DNA of 63,410 nt, counting the filler, from Phoronis australis (Eukaryota; Animalia; Phoronida), in the NCBI GenBank assembly GCA_002633005.1. It is 8 parts of 8 records of this genome, joined end to end, with 100 filler letters (N's around TTAATTAATTAA, not from the genome) between each part and the next. Parts side by side here need not be neighbours in the genome. Positions count along the whole stretch, not along the records: positions 38,020 to 40,629 come from NMRA01003558.1; positions 40,730 to 43,359 come from NMRA01003538.1; positions 43,460 to 46,217 come from NMRA01003442.1; positions 46,318 to 61,499 come from NMRA01000116.1; 4 more parts are not named here. The stretch is one strand, 5' to 3'. This document shows positions 38,152 to 50,499 of this stretch, one piece after another. Numbering within the stretch: position 1 is the stretch's first letter; each line of letters starts with the position of its first letter. A program made the position numbers and the translations under genes. Below the pieces are notes generated by a model. The model saw nothing but the letters and a program-made list of their open reading frames with translations, had not been told where the DNA came from and ran no database searches.

Positions 38152-40238
38152 AGCCTGAAGAATTGAGAAAATATTGTGAGAGTGTCTTCCAGTTCAAGAC
38201 CATCAAATTCAAGCGATTCAAGTAAGTGATATGTGTTTACTTTTAATGTTGTGGGCTGTAAAGTTCTGAAAGCCCTACGCAGCTCTAGTTATGTCGAGTC
38301 AAAGTCACAAACAAAAGGTTCCACCCACAAAACATGGTTTTCAAAAATGGTGTTGTACGAGACTTTAACAGATTGAAGCTGATGCTTGTATAAATGTTTC
38401 GAAGGATCTTTGTTACCGAAAAAATCATGTGATTAAGCCTGAAAAATGCTCTGGTGTGTCTTATAATTTTTTTGTTGATTCTCATTAAAGTTGTAACTCG
38501 TAGTCCAAAAACATAAAAATCATGCAAAATAAAATATTAAGATACTTTGTTTCTTTCAGCACGTGGAAAGAAAGACGGATTGAAATGAAGAAAGAAAAGA
38601 AGAAGGCCAGACCGTCACTGGTATGTTTATATCACCTTTGTTTTGTCAGTTACCAAAACAATTTGTCGTGCAAGGTGTTATTGCTAAAATCTGGAAGCAT
38701 TCAAGCAATATCCGGGGTAGAATAGACTGATGACCACTGCTGCCACCTGGCTGCAGAGGGAGATACTCAAATCCCCCAGCGCGTTGGATCATGGGCAGCA
38801 TTATTTAACCATCATAACATAATTCTGTCGGATAGTGTTAAACTCCTGCTCCATCAGTTTGCTGTTTTGAAACATCTTCATGTGTGTTCTCAAAAGCTGA
38901 CACTCCATTTGCTGGAGCACGCTAAGTCATTCCACTCGATTAGTGGCCAGTGCTCCATGAAAGTCTCCCATTCTCCCGCAGTGTATGCGTTATTGACTAT
39001 TGCACATGTTGTGTGTGTTTCCAGCCATCCAGCACCACGTTTATCACCTGCCCTTTACCATCAGGAAGTGCTGATAAAACCAACAGGAAGAAAGGTAGGG
39101 TGACATTTTGTTCTCTCTATCCAAGATAATTTTGATTAGTCTGTGGCATTGTGTTGTTGAATCTTCTCTGGTGTCACCAGAATGAAGCCTCTAAACCTGG
39201 AGGGCTTGGAATGTCCCTCTTGTAATAGGATTTCCTCCTTTTTGGTTTCGATTTCCTCTTATTTGATTTTTAGTTTCCTCTTTTTGCTCTCTTTTTAGCA
39301 TTATTTTGACTTTATTCATGCAAAAACGTTTATTTCACTTTAATTTTACAACACAAATATATTTCTATCACACAAGACTATTAATTTTTGTGGAATGATA
39401 CAGTACCTGGAAAATTTTCCTCTCTTTTGTCATTTTTCATTCCAAGCCCTCAAGTGAAGCTTGATAAATGAGAGTTCTCTTGAATCTAATGTACTGTGTT
39501 GAAATGTGAATCTCACTTTCAAGCTAGCTGTGTTTTAAAAGTTAAGTACAAAACCTTGAGCTGTATTCTAAATGTCCCTTTTTCTGTCTTGTTCGTGCAG
39601 TTACCCTATTTGGTTCTTGCAGAGTTTGTATTGAATCCGGATGGTAAGACACCCGTGTGTTTACTACACGAGTATGTACAGCGGGTACTCAGGCTTCAGC
39701 CCAAGTATTCTTATAAAGATACAGGTGAGTAGCCCCCTCTGTTGGGATTTTATTTGGTNATAGTTAACAAGCATAGCCTTTCTGAACCAATAGGTTGCAT
39801 AGGCAACTGCCAAGGCTCCATTGTGTCTTGGGGAAGGGCTCTAGTGGTTTAGGCGTGCTGAAATGAGTTGAATGATGCCCTGAGGTCCTGTATTGCACAG
39901 GTCTCCCTAGTGTAACAGGAAGGTCGAGTCTAGCTAAATAGTATGAGCGCAATGTTAAAACTAAGTTTTACAGTTGTCTATTATTAAGGTCCTTACTCAC
40001 TCTGCCTTGTCATTTTCAAGGTGTTCAATAGTAGATTTGTCAAAATATTGTCATGCACGTGTAGTGTAAACAGACAGAAGAGGAGAAAAAAAATCCTCCA
40101 ACAAGGCTTGTAGAACTAACCGTTGTCATTGTATTTTAGACGTGGCCCTGACGCCATACGGTGCCACTATTACCATTGATGGTATTGAGTATGGCACAGG
40201 TTTTGCAGCCAACAAGAAGCAAGCTAAGCAAGAAGCAG
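38152..40238 (+). CDS. DGCR8: Microprocessor subunit DGCR8/Pasha, 5 internal exons including the first dsRBD, partial
   Basis: Exons 38152-38221 ([22 protein letters not shown]), 38560-38620 (TWKERR...RPSL), 39025-39094 (PSSTTFITC...RKK), 39623-39724 ([29 protein letters not shown]), 40140-40238 ([28 protein letters not shown]); phases consistent; collinear with my recollection of vertebrate DGCR8 ([23 protein letters not shown]). Confidence 0.92.
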
Positions 40239-40288
40239 GTGGGTAGTTTTAGATATCTAGTTGCTTCAATTTTAACCATGCTCATTAA

Positions 40289-40629
40289 TTATTATGCGCC
40301 CACATATTCATATGTGGACGCATTATGTCGTCATCTCCGTCCGTCCGGCATCCGTTCGTCCGGCATCTGTCCGGCGTCCGCTGCTCTATCTCCAAAAGCC
40401 TTTGATGTACATTCATGAAATTTGGAACATGTGTTCCTTTTATGGATGGGACGCATGAGTGAACTTTTGGACTGATCTGACCACCGGTGTGCCCCCTAGT
40501 GGCAATTTTAGTTTTTTAAGCTTACCTCCATATCTTCAAAGGTCCTCAACGTATTTTCATAAAATTTAGCATATAGGCATCTATTAGTAAGATGACGCTT
40601 TACTTTTGTTGTTTTCGGATGGATTTGAC
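40289..40629. mobile_element. Non-autonomous Helentron (HINE/DINE-1-like) end, cut by contig boundary
   Basis: Terminal hairpin ATGCGCCCACATA-TTCA-TATGTGGACGCAT, then a (CCGT/CCGG)n microsatellite, then repeated ATGAAATTTGG/ATAAAATTTAG cores. Confidence 0.7.
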
Positions 40630-43461
40630 NNNNNNNNNNNNNNNNNNNNNNNNNNNNNNNNNNNNNNNNNNNNTTAATTAATTAANNNNNNNNNNNNNNN
40701 NNNNNNNNNNNNNNNNNNNNNNNNNNNNNAATATAAGACCACGTTCGATACGGAAATTTGGTGACTTCGATCGTTAAATCTTGGTACACGTATATCAACA
40801 GGCTTGGTCATACAACCTGTGACCGCTGAATTAAGAAAATCTTCAAAAGGTGTTTGTTCGTGTAACTGGTTCGTGAGACTTAGCGGAGATAAGAAAATGA
40901 TATTCCGCACAAGTATCCAGTTGCCTTGTTGTTTTTCATGCGAATAGATAAATTTTCAAGTCATTAATACTAACATACTTTGATAAGTTGCCAATTGACC
41001 GTTCAAAATAAATGTGAAGCGATCCTCAATCATATGTGATTAAGACAAATCCGGTTAGCAGATTTGTGCTGGCGGTGTGAATGTTAACACTACTGCGGAA
41101 GAGATCACGTTAGTTGAGGACACGTCCTTGTCACCTGGGGGAGTGTACCTAAGGTTTCTACAGGTCCTTCTTCAGCCTTTTTCTTCTCCTCAAATATTAA
41201 GATTCTAAAAATGACAACGAAGATGTCATATAACTTGAGTCTTGTTCAGTAGATCACAAACAGTGTAAAAGAATTATAGGTTCCAACTGCAGTTAGTGAT
41301 GTGTGCCTAGCTGATTTTTTTATGGAGGTTACTACTAAGNTGGGCTCGCCTGATTTTTTTTTACAACATAGGTTACCACTAAGTAGACTGGGGAGCGAGG
41401 GGGGGGGGTGTGCAGGAGTCGTTCAGGAGTATCATTTCCTTGTTTCCCGGCTACCTCAATCACTGTTACTGCAACTTCATTTTCCCGATCCCCAATAACC
41501 AATCTCCACCCTCTACCTAGTTCTCTCCAAATTTTCTCGTGGCGTCCCTAACTCCCCCTCGTGGTTATCACAAATAGTCGCAGCAAAGTGCGAACACTAG
41601 TTACGAGGCCAATCGAATTAAACATGTCAGTTTTAAGTTAATTCAATATCAATGCCACCACAACATTCCTGGACCTTTTCGTATTTTCTCGGACCTTTTA
41701 TACCAAAAAATGTGGCCCAAAGATTCAGATTCAACTTGAACTTTGTGTATGTAATCATGGTGTGACTCTGATACTACAATCATCAATTTTGCACTTATTG
41801 ACCTCCTAGTTTTATACCTACAGGCCTCCAGTGTTTGCAAAGAAAATGACACGATTTTGCATACCGAAAACATCAATTTTCCAACATAAAAACAAATAGA
41901 TTGCATGCAATGGGAGAAAACACATAGTGGGATTAGAAGGTGGGACATGAGGGCATCCAAACAAAATTGATAGTAATAATTTCTCTGTGATCATCACGTG
42001 ACAGGGGAGATGAATCGGGAAGCACAATTGAGCGTTCATAACTGACCGTGGGTCAGATGTTACGTAGGCACACATAATAGCATATTTGCTTTGTGCCAAT
42101 ACGCAAAACGGTTGACGACCTTAGAGAAAAATTTCCAAATTACTAAAACTGTCACTGGTGTGGCAGCACAGGTTCGACTCATTCGAAAAAATCCATGTAC
42201 ATAATATTATTTTTGGCCAATTCAGAAGAAGTGGAAACAAAAACGACGCTAGAATGCAACATGTAAAAGAGTTTCGATATTAATAAAAATCATCATCAGC
42301 AACAGTGGTAGACAATAAACAAAATATCGTAATAGAATAGTAAATTAATATTGAAACGTCGTTCTCAAACATGCATGTGCCATCATTTCGTCAATGGAAA
42401 CATTTTGGCCAAATTTCACGAAATTTCACCGAAGAAATCTAGTTATAGAAACTGCCACCAAGGGGGGGCAGCTGTAGCCAAAGCATCTAAACGTTAGCGC
42501 TGACTGATTTGATCACCACAGAAGCATATTAATGAAGCCACTTTAAGAGGTTTATGAGATACAGGTGGATGCTGCCCGCAGTCAGGCGCAGTAAAATACG
42601 TGATGGTGTTTTTTCTACCTGTTGTTGCTTGAAAACCAGCAAAAATCCTACTTCATATTTTTATTTTTTTATTCAGACACCAAACTGATGAAAACTATCA
42701 TTAGAAATCACCAGCACCCCGAAAAATGTCCCCCAAACACATAAAGCTGGCTAAATATCAAACAAATACATAAAATTGGTCAAAATTCACCGATTTTTGT
42801 CACTCAAAAGGTTAAAGGAAACTCCATTAAAAATTCAGGTTTAATGTTTACATAAATAGTATAAAGATTTTTTCTTTCCCGTTCTTTCAAACCATTTTCA
42901 AAAAACTTCATTAACTTTTTGTACCAAAATGTACAATTTTGGGCCAAAATATTCATGATGCTGTGACTTAGAAAATAATGGCCCAAAAATTTCAAACAAA
43001 CATTATGAGCATATCCCGCCGGATGTATATACACAAAATTTTTCAAGTTCAGAGTCGGTGACCCTAGAGTGGACGTTATGATGCTCTCTTGGAATAACAG
43101 ATATTAAGTTCCCTGTAAGTCTAAATCGTATTCGTGGGTTTGTGAAACACTGACTTAATGTACTTTTTATTCTGTTTGAATGTCATTACTAACTCAATGC
43201 AACGTCTCTAATTTAAGGGCTAAGTCCCTAGTTATTTTGACTGAATTATGGGGTCAGTTATTTTATTAGAAAATGTCATTCGTAAGACTTCATAATCAAG
43301 ATAAAATGATAAAAACACTACATTTGTAAGTATAAGACGAAACAAAATTTCAAAAGATTNNNNNNNNNNNNNNNNNNNNNNNNNNNNNNNNNNNNNNNNN
43401 NNNTTAATTAATTAANNNNNNNNNNNNNNNNNNNNNNNNNNNNNNNNNNNNNNNNNNNNTG

Positions 43462-43680
43462 TTCGACAATATGAATGAAAAGTCAATTGCTGTGATAAGG
43501 GGACGGGTGGGATATCTCCTCAATAACGACAAGGAAGTCGTTCGGATGCTCAAAAAGAGGCCGAAAAAGAAAGCCAAGTCACAGTCCAGGGTGCGACAAG
43601 AAACGAAGAGTGAGGCGGCGTCGAGAATAGAAAGTCAAATAGCACGGAGTCCCGACAAACTGCCCATGATAACAGAGTAA
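43462..43680 (+). CDS. Possible terminal coding exon of an unidentified gene
   Basis: Frame open from the contig edge, protein-like composition (FDNMNEKSIAVIRGRVGYLLNNDKEVVRMLKKRPKKKAK...LPMITE*); no family recognised. Confidence 0.3.
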   Translation, partial: FDNMNEKSIAVIRGRVGYLLNNDKEVVRMLKKRPKKKAKSQSRVRQETKSEAASRIESQIARSPDKLPMITE

Positions 43681-43855
43681 ATATAGGGCGCGTGTTATCG
43701 TATTGCTTTCCAAGTTAAGTCAGCACCCAGTGTCCCGCTTGGAAGCCTTCTGTAACAGAAGTGACTTCCAATTTAGACCACTTAAATTTTACGTCCCTTA
43801 CTCAGATTGGAAGTGATCAGAATATGGCATGGTCTCAAGCAGTCATTCCTAAGTC

Positions 43856-44000
43856 CTGGGTAGAGTTCAGTAGCTGATTCGTGGCGACAAAATCTAGCCA
43901 AAATCACGCGCTCTCATTTAAAATACACAGCAACATCTCGCGTAATCTTACGAAGTCTTGCATTTCTAGCGAAGTCCTAGCATTATCGAACACTACCCAG
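43856..44000. mobile_element. MITE family A, diverged subfamily
   Basis: TIR CTGGGTAGAGTTC / GAACACTACCCAG around the family-A core. Confidence 0.7.
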
Positions 44001-44695
44001 ACATCACTTCACATCTGAGTAGTCTGAATTGAAATGTATTTTGATGGAAAACGTATTTAATTGCAGTTTAAACTGTTCACATGACATTTATGTGCCAAAC
44101 ACCGTTGCCTTGACTAACAGACACATTCTTAAAGAACTGGAGTCTGACTTATGATCTTCAACAATGCCGATATAAAATTTGCACTGTAGTTATACTATTT
44201 TAAAACGCTATATCAACTTCCTTTCTGTCATCAAATAACGTTTGATTCAAGAAATTTACCGTGATAAAACGGATCTCAACCTGTTCCCAGTTCAGTGTAT
44301 GACAGCTGCATACTGGATAGCAACAATGACGTGATATTATCACACCAGATGCTGCTATTGTTGAACAATGTACCTAACGTCATAGAACAATCAAACTTAG
44401 CGGGGGGGATAAGTTAATGCAACCCAGGATAGATAACTCAGATTGGAAGCGATTTCTGGAGGATGCAAGAATTTAGAAGAGATGGACAAACAGTGATCAC
44501 TGACAGTCTTTCAGACGTCCAGAAATTATATCTAATCTGACTAATTAAGGAGCAATTTGAAGTAGTTATATAACTGTATGTGGCCTAAATAAACAATTGT
44601 TTATTTACAAAATTGGGTTCATATCAGCTTTAGATTAAAGGCCATAAGTCAGACACTTTTTGCTTACGAAAATTACTTCTTTCAATTTACCAGTA

Positions 44696-44762
44696 AGGGT
44701 GTTTCAAAAAGTTGAACCAGGTTTGAATTTGTCAAATCCGGGCCAACTTCTTGAAAACCCTG
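44696..44762. mobile_element. Very small mariner-like MITE remnant
   Basis: AGGGTGTTTCAAAAAGTTG / CAACTTCTTGAAAACCCTG with TA on both sides. Confidence 0.35.
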
Positions 44763-45415
44763 TACACCACAATTACCAGTAGAACAACATTAACATTGGT
44801 GTCTTCAATGCACGCACTATTAAGCTGAATGCCCTGCAGGCTTTGCCAGCACTGCTGTTGAAACTTGTGTGTTTTATAGCAATAAATTATTTTCATGGTC
44901 CATAAGCAAGTTTTCAATAATATTATTAGGGACCCTGAGCTACAATTCATTACAAAATACAGCGCTGAAAGGATGGCAGTTGCACACCTGTGTCTCACAA
45001 CCATTACTCAGGCAATACAAATACAAAATGCGCATTTGGCCATTTATACACTCCGTGAATTTAAAGAGTTCCCACCATGACCCTGTGTCTCAAAAAGGAA
45101 TTTTATTATTACATCTTAACAGATTTAATAGCCTTTAGTACACCTGTTGCTACGAAACAATCTAAAAATTTTAAAAATATATTTTTCTTTTATCGAGTTT
45201 GTACGCAATGGGTGGAAGACCGCCTCAGCCGTTGTTGTTTCACCAGTGCGATACTGAGGAGTTGTGAAGAAAGTCCCACGTGTGGAGCCGTCTTTTTCAG
45301 ACATGAAAAGGTGCGTTTGTGGAAACTGTGGTAACAACATTAACTTGACTGTGAACGTCTTAGTGTTCAAATTTCCTAAATACGTGAAAGTTGCACAAAA
45401 ATGGCATCGGTTTGT

Positions 45416-45542
45416 CATGGGCGGCGCACCACTATAGCCCCCCACTTTTTCAGGGCTAAGCCGCCCATGGTCTATAGGCGGTGCAACACAGGAGGGCTGG
45501 GGGGGTTCAGCCCCCACTTTTTTCAGTGCTGCGGCACCCATG
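45416..45542. mobile_element. MITE family C (CATGGG...CCCATG), 5-bp TSD TTTGT/ATTGT; right half plus flank duplicated in tandem to 45732
   Basis: Core AGCCCCCACTTTTTTCAGTGCTGCG shared with 31797-31870, 49873-49960 and 53180-53333. Confidence 0.8.
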
Positions 45543-47593
45543 ATTGTGCGCCGAACAAGAGTGTGGAGTGTCAGTGTGGAACATGAGATTCAGTTTGGCG
45601 TAAGCCACACAGAGGTCTGGGGGGGGGGGGTTAGCCCCACTTTTTCAGTGCTGCGCCACCCATGATTGTGCGCCGAACATGAGTGTGGATTGTCAGTGTG
45701 GAACATGAGATTCAGTTTGGCGTAAGCCACACTTAGATCGGCACATTTCAAAGAATCGTGTTTCGACCACACACATAAGCGGCGTTACAATGAAGGACTC
45801 ACCACCAAGTAAGTGCATTTGCAAATTTTGTAAATAACGAACAAATTGCTTCCATTCTAGGGCGAGTGATGCCAGGCCCTGGATCCCGGCCCAGATCGAG
45901 TGCTACTACAAGTAGGCTTATGCATATTGTGTTTAGACTGTGCTCATTCCATCACGGCAATAGTGAATACGAGTAACCCAGGTTGGCTGTGGCCTTTGTC
46001 AGTAATTATTGAGTGTCTATTTTGTGAGTAGTGACCACCACTTGGTAGAGTTGGTTGTGGCTCACATATGTCATTTCTCGTGCAAGTGGGTCGAGTTCAT
46101 ACGGCCTGAAACCCGACGAAAGTTCGCTAAATGGGAAATCAAATTCATTGTCTGATTCTTCAAGTACTTGAGTATAAGTGCCCGTATCCACTCTCCTCTC
46201 TGTCTGCATAATAATTGNNNNNNNNNNNNNNNNNNNNNNNNNNNNNNNNNNNNNNNNNNNNTTAATTAATTAANNNNNNNNNNNNNNNNNNNNNNNNNNN
46301 NNNNNNNNNNNNNNNNNCTGGCGTTTCTCAGTCGTAAAATCGATTGATGTGCCTTTAAGGCGCAATAATTCATGTCGAACAATATTAGACTTGTTCAGTT
46401 CAATGTTCTGCCTGTGTAGCATCTCATTCTTGTAAAGGGCTTCCTCGTGCTTTCATGACGCCTTTGTCAACAATCCACTTGGTTGTAGTGTGCGTTTGAG
46501 TCTGTCTGACTGGCTGTCGGTTTGACTGTCTGTCCGCTGCCTGCTTGCTTGTCTGTCCTTTTGAAAACCCTTTTGTAATTTTGCTGGCGAGACACCGTGT
46601 AAACAAACAAATAAAACTTGTCACAGAAAGGGCAACATTAAATCTCATTAGCTAACATCCATCGTTGTAAAATCGGTAATTGGTTGTATAACGCCACCAT
46701 TTCTTTTGATTTAATTGATAACTAAACAACATTACATCGTCATTATCAACAGTTTAGAGCTGTCATTAAACTAAATCAAACAAAAAATAGCGACAGTGAT
46801 ATCATAATAATGTTGCATTACACTTTGACCAGTTTCTACAAAAGTTTGTTGACAAAGCGTTCACCGTAACATAATTCAAAATGTCCTACGTCGAAAGTTG
46901 GTGAAACGTGTTATTGGTTTGACCTGATCACATGTATTGTGACGTCATTGGAGGTTACTTTCCGAGAATCTTTGTGACAAACAAAAATATTGCATTACGA
47001 AATAAAGAAGGAAGAGAACCAAGCTGAAATACTTAAAACTAAAAAGCATATGTAAATTGTGTGTTAATCCTAAGACATAATTTGTTTTAATCTAGGCAGT
47101 GGGCTCTGTCGGAGCTGTGAGCTCTTTAAATACAACATGTCATGTTTCATTGTATAGGTGTACTTTCAAATAATAAAAAAATCCTCGACAAAAGTTGCAC
47201 ATATTCGTGTGATTTAACTTCCGTCTAAATTATATCATTATTGAACAAATAGGTAGTATCCAGCATTCTAAAGAGCATATATTAAAACACAGTTGGTTTA
47301 TGAAACAAAGCGTGCATCGCGTAAAAGCGTTTGCTAACACTTTTACATACAGCTGCACTTTTTCAATTCAAAATCATTCATTTTAGAGAATGCAAAGCTG
47401 CCGATTTTAGTGATGTGACAATAAATGCATTCGATTGAACTGTTTTCTTATTTTACGTTTTCTCTTTGTCACTAACCATGGTTTAACACATTCAAAAAAA
47501 TATCAAAACCTAAATATTTCGCTTAATTAGGATGCTTATGAAACGCGAGCCGACTGAGTTTTCCAAACAATACTAAATTCAATGAAAGGATAA

Positions 47594-47659
47594 TGTGTGT
47601 GCTCGCGAGCGCGCGCGCGCGTGTTTGTGTGTGCTTGTGCGTGTGCGTGAGTGTGTGTG
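47594..47659. repeat. (TG/CG)n microsatellite
   Basis: TGTGTGTGCTCGCGAGCGCGCGCGCGCGTGTTTGTGTGTG... Confidence 0.85.
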
Positions 47660-49110
47660 GAATGCCTGTGTATTGCAGGTATTCTTCGTGATCGTTTTCT
47701 TCGTGGTCTTTTAATTGTTTGATTATTGGTCAGAGTAGGAAAGTTACAAATGAAGGTAGCCTATAACTAGTTACAACAATTGCAAAAGAAATTCAGACAA
47801 CAACTGTTGAATAATGTCATGAAGATCAGACATGTTTAATCCTTTAAAAAGTGGAATAGTAAAATTTTGTTGACATGCCCAAATAACTTTCTTTTTGTAG
47901 TGGTCTAAGAACGTTACAAATAACTCATTTCATGACGTCACGGTGAAAATGAGACATAATGAGTGCACCATAGAGTGATGATAGAATGTTGTAGGACGTA
48001 GTATTTTAATGTAACAGTTATGTAGGACCTTATTGACAACTATGTGCATTTACCCAAATATCTACAGAATAGAAAGCCTGTAGAATTCGATTTTTGACTA
48101 CAACCACATGGGTCACGGGCCGTGTGTCTTTAGTGAAATTTTACAATAATGAAAGATTCATTCATGGCAAAACAACAACATCAATTGCATGTCCAAATCC
48201 CGTTTTATACAAATTTTTGAAATGCAATCTTAAAAAGTTTACATTTTTAAAAATTATATCTACGTTTTGATATTATGCAAGTTTTATTTTTCATCAAACT
48301 CCTATTTTTGATAGCCTTTCGTGCAAAAGTACATTTTAAAAACAATTCCTAATAGATTTTTGGAGAGCAGCGGATAAAGCAGAGTATCTGAACCTTATCG
48401 GCAATTTCTGAGGTAGCAAAGACCATTTTTACGTCTGAGGTCCGGCTTAACTTATGTGCAGCCCCAGGTGTTTGCGATATCTCATTTATTAGCTATTTAA
48501 AAAATTGGCCTATTCAAGGGTAAATTTTTGTTCAAAAATCATCCGAGAAACTTGTAAATTTCTACGTAACTTACATGTTCGCCAACAAGCTAATCAGCGA
48601 ATCTCTGGGACACTTGATCAGCATTGTTATTTCGTTAGACAAAAGATGTCGCCCCAAGTTGTTCAATCGTTTCCTTGAATCATGTCCATTATTTTCATTT
48701 TCAAAATGGCGACTCCACTTCTACGAACTGTATGCTTACCTACAAATATTGTTAAATTTCACACGGTTATTCGAAGAATTTCTGGAAATGCTGTTCTCAG
48801 GAGTTCGCAGCCATCATCAGAGGACTTAGAAACACATACGGGACAGGTGATGACTCTACACATTTCAAAGCACTCTGTGCTAACTTACGTGGTAAAATCC
48901 ACAAGCAAGCCAAAGGAAGCTCCTTCTGAACTGAGTTTTAGTCCTTGGCACTGGTCGGATTACTGGGACATAGCGGTCTGTTTTTCCATGATTGCCTGGT
49001 TCTCTAAACAAGGGCCACTATATTCTACTAGTGTGTCAGTGATCAGACCAAGGCTTGGAGAACAAGACTTGTTTGTGCAACTTGCTTATTTATACACCGG
49101 TGACCTAAAG

Positions 49111-50499
49111 TAGGGAGGACAATCGAAAAGTAGGTCACGGTGCTCCATATCTGCCTCCGTGTAAAACCCACGTCGGTAAATTACCCGATTTCAGACTTCA
49201 AAGTTAACTATAAGACAATTTTGTGTTATGAATCGTTACCTTAGTCTTTATTTGTAAGTTTGTAATCTTTTTGTCTCAAATTAGCGCTGATAAATCATTT
49301 TTTGTAAGCTTTTTTTAGCGCACGATTTTCCGCCATGCGATCAACTTTCGAAAAAGTACCTCTTGTTCCTCCTATCCAAAAGAGCACTATACTCTCAAAT
49401 ACAAACATGAAATTTGGACAGGATGTAGTTTAGATGCGTGCGCATCTCCTCAAGTTGTTTTCTNNNNNNNNNNNNNNNNNNNNNNNNNNNNNNNNNNNGA
49501 TCGTCCGGAAGGCCTAATTTTGGTCGGTCGGGAGATTGATGTTTTTTCAGTTGCGCAATATGCCCCCCCGATTTTTAGATGAGGAATTTATCACTCTTTT
49601 AATTGGTAATTATTTCATTTTCAGAAATTCTGTCAAACTGCTGCACATTGGCACTTTTCAAACAGCAGTCGTTAGTTCACTAAGTCGCCGCATGTCAGCG
49701 CCACCATCGGCTACGTTGAAGTTCAATGGCATCACAACTTCGCTGTTCAAAATAAAGTTGTTATAAAGTTTTTGTTGCGTAAATGATGAAATCCTTTATG
49801 TTAAGAGTGATTTGTTTTCCCAAATGGTCTTTTGTCTACTTTCTGATGTTTTTTTGCCATGATACGATAGTACATGGGTGACACCCAGCACTGAAAAAAG
49901 TGGGGAGCTATAGCCTCCCCCAGCCCCCTGTCACTGTCACGCAATAATGTGTTGCCCATGTAGTAGTATTCAGGGTGCAGATCTAGGATTTTTAGATAGG
50001 AGGGGGGCAGGGCAGAGTATTACGCAGGATTTTATCCGTAAGATATTTGCACCCTCAAACTGCCAAATGAAATATGGGAGTTTTAGGGGGGCCATGGGCC
50101 AGGCCCCCTNNNNNNNNNNNNNNNNNNNNNNNNNNNNNNNNNNNNNNNNNNNNNNNNNNNNNNNNNNNNAGCCTGTTCTATATGCTATAACAACACACTT
50201 AAACAGCAATATCTCTGTAGAAATCGATCCAAATTTTATATAATATACACCATCATGTTTGTCTCAATTAGGCGAATCTTTTTATATGCAGCACATGTAT
50301 ATTCATTTATTTTTTACGAAATTATGTAAAAAGGCAGATATTTTACGCATAATCGTCGCGTTTCAACGGCCATTTTCTCGTCAACCGCTCATCCAATTTT
50401 TCTGATTTTTGCATCATTTCATTTCTCACACCAAGGGCTTTTCAAAAATGTATGACACATGGGCATTGTAAAAAAATTAAAAAAACATTGTCCTCCCTA
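49111..50499. mobile_element. Possible Academ-like non-autonomous DNA transposon containing two nested MITEs and two N gaps
   Basis: 13-bp perfect TIR TAGGGAGGACAAT (49111-49123) / ATTGTCCTCCCTA (50487-50499); TAG..CTA ends; no TSD visible. Confidence 0.5.
49873..49960. mobile_element. MITE family C, perfect 5-bp TSD TAGTA
   Basis: TAGTA|CATGGG...CCCATG|TAGTA. Confidence 0.85.

Noticed and set aside
34824-40238. eIF5B and DGCR8 as a divergent gene pair
   Set aside because: Both are internal fragments on different pieces separated by an artificial spacer.
40850-40950. Minus-strand MKNNKATG resembling a LINE RT start
   Set aside because: Eight-residue match followed by a stop, with no other RT motifs.
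44780-46209. Possible second KolX-like gene on the minus strand (acidic ORF with RPYELDP, donor near 45800)
   Set aside because: The Cys motifs and AYRQF block could not be recovered.
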